Source: Callorhinchus milii (taxonomy: Eukaryota). Taken from it: a DNA stretch of 64,000 nt. The position numbers were made by a program, and so were the translations under genes. The stretch lies in assembly GCF_018977255.1 (NCBI RefSeq), contig NW_024704743.1, positions 100,690,001 through 100,754,000 on the forward strand, read 5' to 3'. Below, piece after piece: positions 1 to 14,688 of the stretch; position 1 is the stretch's first letter, and the number at the start of each line of letters is the position of its first letter. The notes beneath the pieces were generated by a model, which had not been told where the DNA came from, searched no databases, and saw nothing but the letters and a program-made list of their open reading frames with translations.

Positions 1-769
1 TTTATTACTTTTAGGACAGTTAATTGTGCTTTGTATTTTTTAATAATAATTCCAAAAAATGGAGCAGGCAATCATTCTCAGTAACCCAGGAATGACTTGG
101 TTTAATGAGTCTGTGCAGGAACAATCAATAATCCATTGACTTCCCTTAGCCAAGAATTCCCTGTGAAGCACTTTGAGATATTTCACCATTAGAGGCCAGG
201 ATTATACTGTCAGTAATTATTGCATATCAGATGCAAAGATTATTATAATAATCATGAATAAATAAATATTAAATAATCCTTACATTTGATGTAAGGGAGA
301 ACTTCACAAGATGCACACTAAAGTGTAGTGACGGTGTATTTTGTAGGCAATTTGTGCACAACAATGTCCCACAAATAACCATGAAGTGAGTGATCAATTC
401 TATTTGGAGGATTCTTCATCAGGACAAATCAAAATAACTTGGAATTTTTTTTAGTAATTTCTAATTTTAAAGTGATTTTTTTTAAAAATGGTGGTAGATC
501 GTTTCACGAGGTATTCCTTGATTTGTCCTTTATCCTTTGTGTTAGCACTTGTCCCCAGGGAAGCCAATGTTAAGGTACTTGACCTATATTCAGAGACCTT
601 GGAGGGGTGTAATTGTTGGCTAACATGAAATACCATCTTTTCATATTTTACCTACAGTACATCTGCTGCCATGTCGTTCTGTTATATATTGTATTATGGC
701 TTCTTTCTGACCTGTCAGATAACACTCTCATATTTTCTCTGATGACTAGATTGCTCAAAATATAAATTA

Positions 770-1190
770 AATACAATACAAAATTATATTTGTATGGCAT
801 CTTTCACATCGGGAGGACGTCCCAAGGCGCTGGAAATCAGAGATTTGGACACAAACCCTGGGGGTGGGGTGGGTTTTTTGGTAAGGGAGGATAGGAGGGT
901 GGCCGAAGGCATGGTCGAAGAGGAGAGTCTTGAGACATGCCTTCAAGCAGGCAAGGGAGAGGGCAAGGCAAAGGGAATGTGGGATGGAGTTCCAAAGGGT
1001 GGGGGCGGGAAGGCTGAAGACCCAACCAGTGACAGGGACATTGAGCAGGCCGGAGCATGCTGAGCGGAGTGAACCCAGACAAGTTGATAAGGGGTTAGCA
1101 GGTCACTGAGGTAGGAAGGGGCAAGATCGTGGAGGGCCTTGATGGCGATTGCTCCCAAATAGAGGGAATCTGGAGAGAGACAGGAACTGG
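770..1190 (-). mobile_element. L2-clade LINE 3' fragment
   Basis: Minus-strand translation ...KALHDLAPSYLSDLL... is typical of the L2 ORF2 C-terminus. It is followed by the shared 3' tail (cagcgccttgggacgtcctcccgatgtgaaagatgccatacaaat). Confidence 0.8.
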
Positions 1191-4100
1191 GGAATCTCTG
1201 GAAGCACAAGATCAAATGGGCCAAAGGATCTTCTTCATATGTACCTCTTGTAATCTTCCTACCACCACACATTTCTCTTTAAGATTTTGCAGCACTACTT
1301 TTATATGGTCTACAAGGAGGCATTCACTTTCTTGCAACCAAAGTGATTACACCATTGGTCCCCATGATTAATTCTTCCTTTATTTATGCCAAATAGAACA
1401 GAAATGAAAATAGAAGGACTGTGCCACAACCCTCTGAGGAAGACTTGACATTATTAAGACATTTACTATCCCTAAGGTAATATTTATATGTCACTGATGC
1501 CTCCAGCTGTCTCCAACAATTATTTTAAGAAACTGACCCCATTTTTTCAGCCCTTTTCATAGAGGCATTATTACAGATGTACAATTAATTAATAATAATG
1601 ATCCTACCCTTGGTATAATGCCTTTCACGGTGGGAGGATGTCCCAAAGTACTTCACAGGATATACTGTAAGATGTAATAGCCAAACTTTTTGGTCTGCCA
1701 ACAAAATAAAGGTTCTTGATTGAATACATTTTGATTTATGGCCACAACTTAAACACCACTCAATAACCACTGAAAACAAAACATTGATTTAAAACAGACT
1801 CACCTAGAATAGTGAAAATGTTTGTCAGGTCATGTCTTAACAGTCCTGTGGAACACTTGCAGCCGTGGGCCATGGGTTGGCTATCATCGCTATGTGTTTG
1901 TGTGAACCCAGCAGTCAATTTGCACACTTCAGTGTCTCACAAACAACCATGAAATAAATGACCAATTTTGTTTGGAGATTATTTTTCAGGATACCAGGAG
2001 AAAGCTACCTTCTCTTTTCAAACCGTGCTCTTAAGGGTCCTTAATTGCATCTTTTACTTAATGATCGTATTACCGCACAATATTTGTGAAATTATTTTGT
2101 AGGTTCTTAAATTGCCTGGTAACCTCAATGTTCTTGGTTTTTGCACATACCTTGGTATGGCATCCATTTCTGCTGCTCCAAAACTAATTTTGTCTCTGTA
2201 TTGTTTGAGTTTAATCTTGTAGACTGTTCCAAGCCAAGTTCAGCTTGACTTCTGACACAATGTAATGATTTTCAATCCACAATACAGGTGTATTAAGTAA
2301 TTCCATTATTTTTATAGATTTTTTTTACTTCTCCCCCAACAATTCAGTACTCCAGCCATAACCCTTCACTTATTCTCCCAGAATCCCTTTTTATACTTCC
2401 TGATCTCCTTTCGTTAGCTCCCAGTTAATTGGCTATTTACTGTTTCAGGATTGTCCAACAGCCTATATAACTTGTTTCAGGCGGTTGCAATTTGATAGCA
2501 ACAAGAAAGTTTGCAAACTCTTGTATCAAAACTATCAGTAAACTATCCCCACCATGCTCTGGCCATTTGTTATTGACCGAATGTTTTTGAAAGAAATGTT
2601 AGAGAGGGATATCAATTTGTCTCCCACTCACTTCCTCAGAGTGATCCTCAATTCTGTCAAGATCTTTGGGGCCAGGTGTTCCAGATGGATTTTCAAACAA
2701 ATGCTTCTTGTATATAATTTGTCACAACATATGCTAGGCTGAGTCACATTATATTTTAGAACCACAGAACTTCGCAACACTGAAGAAGACCACTTGGCTC
2801 ATATTGTCTGTGCTGGCATTTTGTAAAAGCAATCAAGTCCCATTTCCCCATACCCTTTCTGATGACTCCTTTTTAGGTATTAATTAATCCTTGCATTTGA
2901 TATAGCGCTTTTCACGTCGGGAGGACGTCCCAAAGCGCTTCAATCTATCTTCATCCCGCTTGAAATCAAAGATGGTTCTTGCCTTGACCACTGCACCTGG
3001 CAGGGCTTTCCAAATTCTAATAAACAAAATTATTCTAATCCCCATTTTGCTCCTTGGGTAACTATCTGACAACAGGCTTAAATTGATGCTCTCTGGTGAA
3101 AAGGGAAATTTAAGATTAAAATGTGCTATTGATGTTGTGGTAGCTATAAAAATAATTGCATGCATCCAGGCAATTATGTGTACATTTCTACATTTTGTAT
3201 TAGCTTAGCTCACAGAGGAAGTTTAGAATTTAAAACCAATCTTTTTCAATGGTTTATTCATTGTACATTAAAATGCACCAGCAATTCTTCCTGTACACAC
3301 CAGCTTAGCTGGCTAAACTCCAGCAGTGGTCCTTATGCACTGTCTAGCCTTTCCAAGCCTTGGCTCTCACCAACCTGTGTCTAATAAGTATTAAGGTCAA
3401 ACATTTTGAGTCCTCTCTTTGTGAAAGGTGCTTTATAAATGTGAATTGTATTCCATTACAATACACTCCAGAATTAGGTAAGCACTCCGGGGAGCAAGTA
3501 CGCATTCCATTCCAGACACAAGGAAATTTCTATGTATAGGTGGCATGCATATGTGGAACTCTCAGTCTGATCTAGACACTCTTAAGCATAGTGATAGCTT
3601 TCCACATTTGTCAGAAACACAGTGGATCAAAACAAAAACTCTGCATGCGAAGAGGCATAAATAGAAGATAGCAGATCTAAACAGGAGAAACTTCTTTACA
3701 CTGAATGTGGTGAGAATGTGAAACTCAGTACTAGTACCAAAACATCAGTGATTTTAAGAGGAAACACAATGCATACATGAGAAAGAATGGAATAGAGGGT
3801 TACAGGAGGGAGTTAGACAGAAGAGTTTAGGAGAGGTGGACGCTCTTGTGGAGCATAAACAATGGCATGATTAATTGGGCTGGATGGACTGTTTTACTTG
3901 TGTACAGTCTATGCAATTCTATCCATTTAATTATCAGAAGTGTTGACACTGAATCTTAACAACCTATCTGGGTTCCATTCTGCATGAAAGAATAAATGGA
4001 AATACGGATTTGTGCTATCAGGGCTTCCGCACATATGCAACAGTTCTGAGAATGTGTAAAAATTGGATTCAAATGAGAGAATGAGTCAGAGCATAAAAGT

Positions 4101-4767
4101 GATTTGGTCTCTTTTATTTTTTCTCCCAGGATAAAAGTGATTTGGTTTCCTCTCCAAGGTACACAATTTAATGAGCACCAAGACATGCTGTCAAGTGAGT
4201 AATTTGTCACTTCTTGATATCATTCCAGACGAGTAGGAAATTATCTTCTCTGGGAGGCACTTTTTCCTTTGGGAAAAGATTTTAGAATTATTTACCACAA
4301 ACGAGCAGCAGAGTTTAAAGTGCATCTTATTACAATGTGGGGTACTCGGTTGGCATGAACTGGACAGTTAAAGTAAAGAACCAGTGAGCCACTGCATTGC
4401 ACTCTCCTCATTCAGTATCATTATTGTTGCTTTAAATTAATAATAATCCTTACATTTGGTATAGTGTCTTTCATGTTGGCTGGATGTCACAAATCACAAA
4501 ATTTACTGTAAAGTGCAGTAACTGTGTGTTTTGTGGCAGCCAGTTTGCACACAGGAATGTCCCATAAAGTCATGAAATAAATAAATGTGTTTTTTTATCA
4601 TAATAATAATACTTACATTTAAATGATAGATCCAACATATTTGTAAAAAAGGACGGCTTGAATCTCGAAAAGTATAAATGAAATCGATGGAACCAAAAAT
4701 TAGGTGTGATTGTCTCAGCAATAACTCAGCAATGACATCCAGTTCCCACCTTAAAAATGTGTAGTGT

Positions 4768-5115
4768 TGTCAGCCTGGCTCAACTGGTAGCAATCTTGCC
4801 TCTGAGTCAGAAGGTTTTCGGTTCATGATCCAGGCTGACACTCCGATGCAGTACTGGGGAAGTCAGAGGTGCCATCCCTCAGATGAAGGTGTTAAACTGA
4901 GGTCCATGTTCAGGTAGATGTTAAAGATCCCATGACTCTATTCAAAAAGAGAAAAGAGTTTCTTCCGGAGTCCTGGAAAACAAACCTCCAGACAAAATTA
5001 ATTATTCTCCTCATAGCTATTTATGGGACGTGATTGTGCATACAATTGGCTGCTACATTCATCTATCAAGTCATTGAGTTTGTTTTGAGACGTTTTGATG
5101 ATGTAATAAGGCAAC
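4768..5115 (+). mobile_element. Older tRNA-derived SINE with Deu-like core (SacSINE1-like)
   Basis: Head gtcagcctggctcaactggtagc..gagtcagaaggtt..ggttc, core gaggtgccatcc..cagatga..gttaaactgagg..ttaaagatcccatg. Diverged copies at about 9241-9590(+), 14030-14250(-), 17590-17800(-), 28313-28880(+), 32848-33200(+), 48780-49010(-) and 53720-54090(-). Confidence 0.7.
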
Positions 5116-5147
5116 ACATTAAAAGGAAACAATTATTATCAATAAAG

Positions 5148-7878
5148 TATGGGAGATAGCTTTCTGGAGCAGTATGCTGAGGAACCAACTAAGGGACAGG
5201 CCATCCTAGACCTTGTTTTGTGTAACGAAACAGGGCTAGTCGGTAATATAGATATTAAGGCTCCTCTAGGGCAGAGTGATCATAACATGATAGAATTTAG
5301 GATTAAGTTAGAGAGCGATGTAGTCAAATCCGAAGCAAGGGTCTTAAATTTAAATAAAGCTAACTCTGCAGGTATGAGGGAAGAATTAGCTAAAATGGAC
5401 TGGGGAATTAGATTAATGGATATGACAATAGAGCAACAATGGCAAACGTTTAAAGATGTTGTGCATAATTCTCAGTGGTCACATATTTCCTTGAGGAATA
5501 AGAGTACCACAGGGAAAGCAGTTCATTCGTGACTAACTAGAGCTGTTAGAGAAAGTATAAAACTAAAAGAAAAGGCCTATAAAACTGCCAAAAAGAGTAG
5601 CAAACCTGAGGACTGGGAGTGTTTTAGGGACCAACAAAGGAAAACCTAAAAGCTCATTAAGAGTGAGAAAATGGATTATGAGGGCAAGCTAGCTAGGAAC
5701 ATCAAGAGTTTTTATAAATACATTAAGAGGAATAGGCTAGCAAAAGTAAATGTGGGTTCATTACAGGCAGAGACAGAAGGAATTATAATGGGGGATAAGG
5801 ATATGGCAGAGTCCCTAAATAAATACTTTGCTTCTGTCTTCACTTTAGAAGACACAAGAAGTCTACCAGAAATAGAGATGAACCAAGAGGCTAATGATAG
5901 GGAGCAACTTAGGGAAATTTATATTAGCAAAAAATTGGTGCTAACGAAATTGTTGGCATTAACAAGTGACAAGTCCCCTGGACCTGATGGTTTATAATAT
6001 AATAATGTAATAATAATAAGCCTTGCATTTGATATAGCGCTTTTCATGTCTTCTCGACGTCTCAAAGCGCTTCACAGAATAGACTGCAAAGTGAATTGAC
6101 TGTATATTTGTGGGCAAAACGCGGCAGCCAATTACGTACAGCAGCGTCCCACAAACAGACGTGGATTGAAAATGACCAATTTATTATTGTTTTGTTTTGT
6201 TTTGGAGAGATTATTATTAGGTGTGTGGAGTAAGGAAACTTGCCCAAGGTTTCTCCCTGCCTGGAATTGAACCCAGGTATCTCACTTGCAAGGCAAGTGC
6301 TCTAACCACTGAGCTACAGGACTCTACAGGTTTGCATCCTAAGGTTCTAAAAGAGGTAGCTCATGAGATAGTGGAGGCCTTGTGTCTGATCTTCCAAAAT
6401 TCTTTGGATTCTGGAACGGTTCCCATTGATTGGAAGATCACAAACGTCACATCACTATTTAAGAAGGGTGAGAGAGAAAAGATGGGGAACTATAGACCAG
6501 TTAGTCTGACATCGGTGGTAGGGAAAATTCTACAATCCTTAATTGAGGATGTCGTAGTGGGATACTTAGAGGATCACAATATGGTTAGACAGAGTCAACA
6601 TGGCTTTACAAAAGGGAAGTCATGCTTAACAAATCTTTTAGATTTTTTTGAGGACATATCAAGTAGATTAGATAGGGAGGAATCAGTGGATGTAGTATAT
6701 TTAGATTTCCAAAAGGCATTCGATAAGGTGCAGCATAAAAGGTTGATCCACAAGATTACAGCCCATGGAATCAAGTGGAATATATTAGCATGGATTGAAG
6801 AATGGCTAACGGGAAGAAAATAAAGAGTAGGGATAAACGTATCCTTCTCAGATTGGCGGGATGTGACTAGTGGAGTGCCACAAGGATCAGTGCTTGGGCC
6901 TCAACTATTTACAATCTACATTAACGATCTAGATGAGGACATCAAACTTAATATATCCAAATTCGCAGATGACACTAAACTAGGAGGGAGAATAAACACC
7001 GAGGATGACATTAAATAAATGCAACGAGATATAGATTGACTAGGTGAGTGGGCAAATAGGTGGCAGATGAAGTATAATGTAGGGAAGTGTGAGGTCATCC
7101 ACCTAGGTGGCAAAAACAGTAGAGCAGATTATTTTTTAGAAGGGGAGAGACTAGATAGTGTTAGCGTTCAGAGGGATCGGGTGTCCTTGTACACCAGTCA
7201 CAAAAAGATAGTATGCAGATACAGCAAGCAATTAGGAAGGCTAACGGTATGTTGGCATTTGTTACAAAAGGGTTAGAATATAAGAGTAGGAAAGTCTTGC
7301 TGCAAACTGTATAGGGCCCTGGTGAGACCGCACCTAGAGTATTGTGTGCAGTTTTGGTCTCTCTATTTAAGAAAGGATGTACTCACCTTGGAGGGGGTAC
7401 AACGTAGATTCACTAGGTTGGTACCTGGGATGAGAGGGATGAGTTATGAGGATAGGTTGAGCAATTTAGGCCTTTATTCTCTATAATATAGAAGAATTAG
7501 AGGTGATCTTATAGAAACCTATAAGATTATTAAGGGGCACGAATTAGATAGTGGGAGACTTTTTCCCCTGGTTGGAGAAATTATAACCAGGGGTCACAGT
7601 CTTAAAATTAGGGGTAAGCCTTTTCGCACTGAGTTGAGAAAAAACTTCTTCACTCAGAGGGTAGTGAATTTATGGAATTCTCTACCCCAAAGGGCTGTAG
7701 ATGCTCAGTCCATGAACATATTCAAGGCTGAGATTAATAGATTTCTCGTGGATAAAGGGATATGGGGATAAGGTGGGTAGGTGGAGTTAGAATAGATCAG
7801 CCATGATCTTATTGAATGGCGGGGCAGACTCAAGGGGCCGAATGGCCTACTCCTGCTCCTAATTCTTATGTTCTTATG
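5148..7878 (+). mobile_element. CR1 LINE, 5'-truncated and inactivated ORF2 (endonuclease end plus reverse transcriptase)
   Basis: ORF fragments carry [65 protein letters not shown] and KFADDTKL, with in-frame stops. The 3' tail is cctactcctgctcctaattcttatgttcttatg. Confidence 0.95.
5993..6324 (-). mobile_element. Young tRNA-Ala-like SINE inserted into CR1 ORF2
   Basis: Full head-to-tail copy that splits GPDG/LHP of the CR1. The short duplication ggttt is present on both sides. Confidence 0.9.
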
Positions 7879-10699
7879 GTATAAAATACCAGAATACCTC
7901 TCAACCCCATAGAGACTCCATTGAGACACGGAAATTATAAACCACATTGGCAATTGTCTGAATAGAAGTGATTTAATGGGGGAAGGGCGGGGGAGGTTTA
8001 GTTTAAAACATTAAAACATTCCATATCGCCCCTAGCAGATCACATATCTTCAGAGTATAAGGCCACTGTAACAGAAGGAAGTGGATCAAATGTCCAATTC
8101 CACTTGTCTTCAAACAAGAGATCCCAGACACAATGTAGAGGGTTGGGAATGACGGATATACTTATGTTGGGCTTAATCTGCTGCAGTATTATAGCCCAAC
8201 ATAGCACGACTAAAATAAGTGTAGAAAATATTGGTGTGAACTTCAACTGAAATGAAATCTCTCCTTCACTGCCTAACTGTGTCAAAAAGGAAACGGTTCT
8301 ATTAGTCAAGAGACCAGTGTATTGTATCAGTATTCCTATGGCCCAGTTAACCCCACAGGAGTTTTATCCTTCTTGTGAAGTTTCAGAAGTTCAGAGAGAT
8401 TGATGAAAAGCACAAATCCATGTTGCTTCAGGGAGTGAAGACATTCACCACAAGGTTTCACTCAATGAATATTACAGCTGCTGTAGGTGGCACTGGGACT
8501 GTTCAGTGCTTTGTGCTTGAACGAATATTGGCCACACACGAGTCTGTCTCCCTGTTCAGAGACTGTGAAATCACATTTGATCGAGTCATTAGATAGTTTT
8601 TGTGTAAATCTGATGGTTCTGGTAACATTTCCTTGTTTTTCAGGTCCTATCTGTTTATTTGTATTGCTGTGTTTTGCATCACATATTTCTGTTAAATTAC
8701 TGATTTAACATGTGTTTTTGATTACATTTTCAATTGGTTCAATGTGAGGCTGATATATGGGGCAACTTCTCACAGGTGCTTCAAAAGTACAATACATTGG
8801 GAAGTCATACCTTCTTCAGCTCCACTGCCATCTGCAGCAAAATTACATTAAAAAATCCTCCATATCGAATCAACTGGTGCAACAGCCTCAATGGGCTGAA
8901 AGGCCTGTTCCTGTTTTCCTATGTACCTAAGATTGGATTCTTCCCAATGCCAGAATCGTGAACAGTTTGGGAATAATTTGAATTCACAGCATCAGGTTTG
9001 AATCTTAACCCTTGTGATAACAATGCAATCACTACCCAATTGCACATAGATCAATTATGCAATAATAGCTTTTCTAGTGAGATATTCCTTATTTATTGAC
9101 AAGCAATGCATAGAGGAGAACATTTTAATTTACATTTTGAACAGCACATGGGAGCGATATTTGTCACATGTTGTAAGAATATGTACAGATATAAAAGGCA
9201 GCATTATTAAGCTAACTCAGTGTTTGAAGCTCTTTTAGTACGTGTCAGCTTGATTCATTCGGTAGTGCTCTGGGTCAGAAGTTTGTAGATTCAAGACCCA
9301 CGTTGGGACTCTAGCTCATAATCTAAACTGGCACTCAGTGCTGGGAGAGAACTCCATTAGTCAATGGCGCTCCTCTTCAGATGAGATGTTAAACTGAGAC
9401 CTCAACTACCTGAATTCAGCTGGATGATAATGATTCCAATACTCGATTTGAATTAATCAACAATCCCCCATTGCATTGAGATCTTGATGTGTGTAAATGG
9501 CTGCTTCATTTGCATGCAAAAAATCATCACTAAATTTGACAGTTATTACTGTGAAACACCTTTTGACCTGATAAATGCGAGTGCTTTCTTTATGGAGAGT
9601 AGTCACTACTGTGTCCATAATTTTGAACTCCCTCCCTCAGCACCATCGTCTCACCCACTCTATCTGTCTTTAAATCGCTTCTCATAGCCTATCTCATAGA
9701 CCACATCAACAATCGCCTCCACCTCCCCTACTACCCTTCCTTACTTAGGGTCTGCCCCGTCTTTATGATGTGCTCTGAAACAAATTGCATTAATATAGCG
9801 CCTTTCACGTCAGAAGGACATAGCAAGGTGCTGAACAGTTGAGGGTTTGCATCTGAACTGGGGGTTGGATTCGGAGGGGGAGCGCAAAGGGATGGGTGTG
9901 GGTGGTGGGATGTTATCATACATGAGGGGTGCTATATGAATGCAAGTTGTTGCTGCTACTGTACTCGCCAGAATTGCTTCTTAAATCTCTGGCTTGATTC
10001 TGCAGCTGTGAAAGGCTGATGCTGACATCTTGTGGCCTGTATACAAACCATCCCCTGCTCGGTGAGCACAGGGAGGTTTTGGATTGTGAGCTGGTCAGGG
10101 AAGAGTATCAACGATCAAAGCTGTTGAACTTCAAACACATAACAGAGCTCAGAGGATAGCTTCTTAAAGTCAAGCAATTTGTAGAGCTTGATAAAACATG
10201 CCCTCTATAGAAATTGCTCAATGAGGGTTCGGTGCAGTACAGCCCAGCTTAGATTAGTATTTTTTCCCTTTAGCTAACATCGCTTTTGCTGGTCTAGAAA
10301 GGCCTCAGATTTAAACCCTCATTTGGCAACTTCCAAATTATTACTGAATTTCTACATTTATTGGAGCACTTTCAATCAGGGCTTTGCCATCGATTGTAAT
10401 GTAAATGTCAGAATACTGTTGCTTCCGAGCTCCTGCTGACACACATGCTGGTTAACTATGCCTATGAACTGCCATTCATAACACCAGCAAGCGCAGTGTC
10501 TCTGTCTCTGACACAGTATTGGATTTCCCTCCTCCACATACTGGAATTTGTGGAACAGACTTCCACCAAACACAATAGAATATGTTGATTCTTTGTCAAA
10601 AAAAACTCCGATTTAGTTACAAGCAACATTAGCTATCAGGATAGGTGAACAAATATTCCAATGAACAGATCGAAATGTTCCAAATCAATAAGGTGTAAC

Positions 10700-11720
10700 G
10701 TATCTTCAATCCCATTGATGATTATCAACTCAATGTTGACCAGATGGAAGCCATACTCATTGGGTCCCGTGAACGTCTTCTATCCTGCGGCTCTGACCTC
10801 CTCAATATCCCGGTCTATCACTCAGACTTACCGAACCAGTGCGCAACCTAGCTGTCAAGTTCGACCCACAGGTTCCTTCCCCACATCCGGTCCCTGACAA
10901 GGTCCGCCTTCTTCCACCTCCATCTCATACTACCGCTCACCTACTCACCTGTACTGATCGGCGTACCCTCATCACACCAGTTCTACTCAAGCTCCACTGG
11001 CTCCCCATCACCGAACGGGTTGATTTCAAGATTCTCACACACATTTTCAAATCCCTTCATGCCCTGGCACCTCCCTACCTCTCCAACTTACTTACCCACA
11101 ACCCTCTGCCTCTGCTCCACTGGCTCCAGCCTCCTGCATGTCCCTCATGCCCTCCATTCTACCATTGGTGACCGCACTTTCAACCACTGTGCCCCGAAAC
11201 TCTGGAACACTCTTCCTCTATCCCTCCGCCTTGCCCCCTCCTTCTCCATTTTCAGGTTGTGCCTGAAGATTTTCCTATAATAATAATAATCCTTGCGTTT
11301 GATATAGCGCTTTTCACATCGGGAGGATGTCCCAAAGCGCTTCACAGAACACACTGTAAAGTGAATTGACTGTATATTTGTGGGCGAACGCGGCAGCCAA
11401 TTGCGCACAGCAATGTTCCACAAACAGTCGTAGGTTGAAAATGACCAATTTATTATTGTTTTTTTTGTTTTGGAGGGATTATTATTAGGCGTGTGGAGTA
11501 AGGAAACTTGCCCAAGGTTTCGCCCTGTCTGGAATTGAACTCAGGTCTCTCGCTTGCAAAGCGAGTGCTCTAACCACTGAGCTACAGGACTCCGATGTGA
11601 CTGTGCCTACGCATACCTCCCCCTCCCCCTGGCTCGGAGTCGTGCTCCGCCACGTTCAAGCGCACTGGGACGCTACCCTTCCTGAGTGGCACTATATAAA
11701 TGTTGTTGTTGCTGTTGTTG
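10700..11720 (+). mobile_element. L2 LINE 3' fragment, interrupted by a SINE
   Basis: VRNLAVKFD..., ITPVLLKLHWLPITERVDFKIL...LHALAPPYL. The L2 tail with (ttg)n resumes after the SINE at about 11593-11720. Confidence 0.8.
11278..11592 (-). mobile_element. Young tRNA-Ala-like SINE, full length
   Basis: Reverse complement of gagtcctgtagctcagtggttagagcactcgctttgcaagcgagagacctgagttcaattcc...aagcgctatatcaaacgcaaggattattatt. Confidence 0.9.
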
Positions 11721-11974
11721 AAGTATTGGGTATGTACACTCATGGTTCCATTCACTGAACTGGGAGTTACCACTTCAGATCAGCCTGGATCTTAATCCAG
11801 AAGTGCACAAGCCAATAAAGGTCAGTTCTGACTAAGTGCATAAGAGATACTGCTGTTATTGGTTTGCAGCATGAACTCTTCGATACCTTTTTAAAAATGA
11901 TTCATTCAAAGTTCTGAGCTGTCCAGTGCGTCACACAAAAGTGTTGAGAGACCCATTGGGGAGAGGGCCCAGTG

Positions 11975-12620
11975 TAAATCCGTAACATCGTCTGACTCCG
12001 CTACTACCTCACCCCTCAGCCCGCTGAAACTCTTGTTCATGCCTTCATCACATCCAGGCTCGACTGTGCAAACCCCCTGCTTGTCGACCTTCCCAACTCT
12101 ACCCTCCACAGGCTGCAGATAATCCAGAACTCTGCAGCCTGTGTCCTCTCCCGCACCAAACTCCGTGACTTTATCTCCCCCATTCTCGCCCGACTCCATT
12201 GGCTCCCTATCCTTCAGAGGATCCAGTTCAAGATCCTGGTTCCTACCTACGAAGCCCTCCATGGCCTCACCCCACCCTACCTCTGCAATCTCCTAACCCC
12301 CCACCAACCCGCCCACTCCCTCCGCTCAGCCGGCTCTGGCCTGCTCCATGTCCCCCGACCCACCCGCCCTACCATTGGTGGGAGAGCCTTTAGCCACTCT
12401 GCCCCCAACCTCTGGAATTCCATCCCCCAATCACTCCGCCTCGCCCCCTCCTTAGCCTCTTTCAAGTCCCGCCTCAAGACCCTTCACTTCAACCATGCCA
12501 CCGGCCACCCCCCTTCCCCTCCCCTTCCTTCTCCCCCCCCTGAAATGCTGTACTCTGTCCAGCGCCTTGCGACGTCCTTCCAACGTGAAAGCGTTATATA
12601 AATGTAATCTTATTATTGTC
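11975..12620 (+). mobile_element. L2 LINE 3' fragment
   Basis: Encodes AETLVHAFITSRLDCAN...LQIIQNSAA...LHWLP, followed by the L2 tail. Confidence 0.85.
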
Positions 12621-14688
12621 GCTGCATCCATAATGCACAGGTGTGTATCTCATAGCTCCATCAAACCATCTCACCCAAGTGGTGTGAGAGGAGCACTGCT
12701 TTAGCCCCATTTCTATGCCACATTTAGTGGGGAGTTTATGCTAAAATTCCACTTATCTCCAAATGCGCACAAAGCATGATTTCTTTTTCAATTAAAATTG
12801 AAGTTAATTATAAAATATTATATTTCAGCAATTTTCAGTGGAGATGTTTAATTGCTAAACAAGCACTTAAAGTGAGTTCAAACCGTTTTAGAACACTTGA
12901 CAACTGCTTCTGTACTCAGCTGTTTGTTCACTTACACACTGCAGCTGAAATTGCAATGCTCTGGATTGTAATGTTACGGAAATTTAACTGGAGAAATTAA
13001 GGTCCTGATTTACTTGCGTTGATGAAAAAATATAAATTATAGTTATGTTTCACACTTTAAATGTCCAAAGCTAATTTTTTGACATTTGCCAGCAATTCAC
13101 TTGGGTAATATTTGTTGTTAAAATATTTAAACTGTTTTGAATAATTACAGCAGATCTTTGTGTGTGGTGCTCAAAGTGAGTGCAGATGTTCACCGTGTAA
13201 TGCCTCCACTTTCCTTCCCCTGGTCTCAGTATCAGTTACTGTTAATCTAATATCTTATTTCACAGCACATTCAGTAATGAGCTGAAAGATTTGACAAGTG
13301 TTTACACCTCGTCTGCGGGAAGGGTTGAATAACCTCTAAGAATGCACTAAACCCACTTCTGTGAAATTGATGTTAGTTACGATCTTGATTCAGTTTCCCA
13401 TTTATAACTGCAAGCAATAGCATCTAGACACAAGACTAATAATGACACCTAAGTGTGCATGAACACGAAGTATAAAAGAGACAATGAGCAGAAACTAAAA
13501 ACTCACACCATTTGGATGACAGATATTGTCTCAGTCACCCTTTGTTGTATACAGTCCTTGTTTTCAGAGTGGGTTTAGATGGAGATAATACGGCACATTA
13601 ATACTTGTGTTTGCCAAACAAATATACTTATAGATACATATTCTCTAGTCTTTACAGTAATCTTCTATGAAGATTGCGACATTTCATTAACACTATCATT
13701 CATAAAAAAGATAAATAAAGAATTACAAGCAGTCTATCAGAAAGAATTAAAACCTTGCTGAAAGAAGGGAAGAGCAGGTGGTGAACAATTTATACTGAAG
13801 TCAAAATGGGAATCAATTTACTTAGCTGTTATTTTCCATAAAAAATCCTAAAGATTCAAATTTTAATTCTGAATTTCTTGGAGGGATTAAAATTAAACTT
13901 TTTCTATGACACAATTACACTTGTGCAGGCATAGCTCAACACTGTTTTCTAGCCTCTATGTACTATTGTAATAACATAAGGAAACTGCAAATGATAATAT
14001 AATCCTTGCATTTAATATTCCCTTCTCGTTTTGCACAGTGCCATGGGATCCTTAACGTACACCTGAACAGGCAGACAGGACTTCGATTTAACATCTCATC
14101 CGGAGGACGGCACTTTCGACAATGCAACACAAACCCAGTATTGCATTGGAGTGTCAGCCTAGACTATGTGATTCCAAGTCCTGACATGCAGCTTGAACCC
14201 ACAACGTTCAGACTCAGAGGCGAGAGTCCAACCACTGAGCCAGCTGACACATGATAATATTTTGACAAATATTACAAATGATGGCAAATGACAAATGATA
14301 AGCAGCAAAAATGTAAAGTAACAGCTAAGTAATTTGATTACCACTTTGAGATCAGTGTCAATTGTTCACTCCTGCTTCGGGCCTGAACTTTGTGCCAAAG
14401 TTGGGGGATGAAGAAGGGTTTTTACCTCTGTGGCCAGGGGTTTGACTGCAACTCAACTCATGTGATAATTAGCAAGTCATACGTCACATTGTTCTTCCCA
14501 ATAATTCAACAATTCACGGCTCAAACAATTTTGACAAGGGAACGCGTACTAATAGCAAATCCTCCAGGATCTGAAAGAATACAACCGATGAATATTACCA
14601 CATTCTGATAATGTGAACAGACTAATCATCTGTGACGACACAAATTCTGTTGTCACCGAACTATTGATCGTTCTCACGCTCTTTCAGT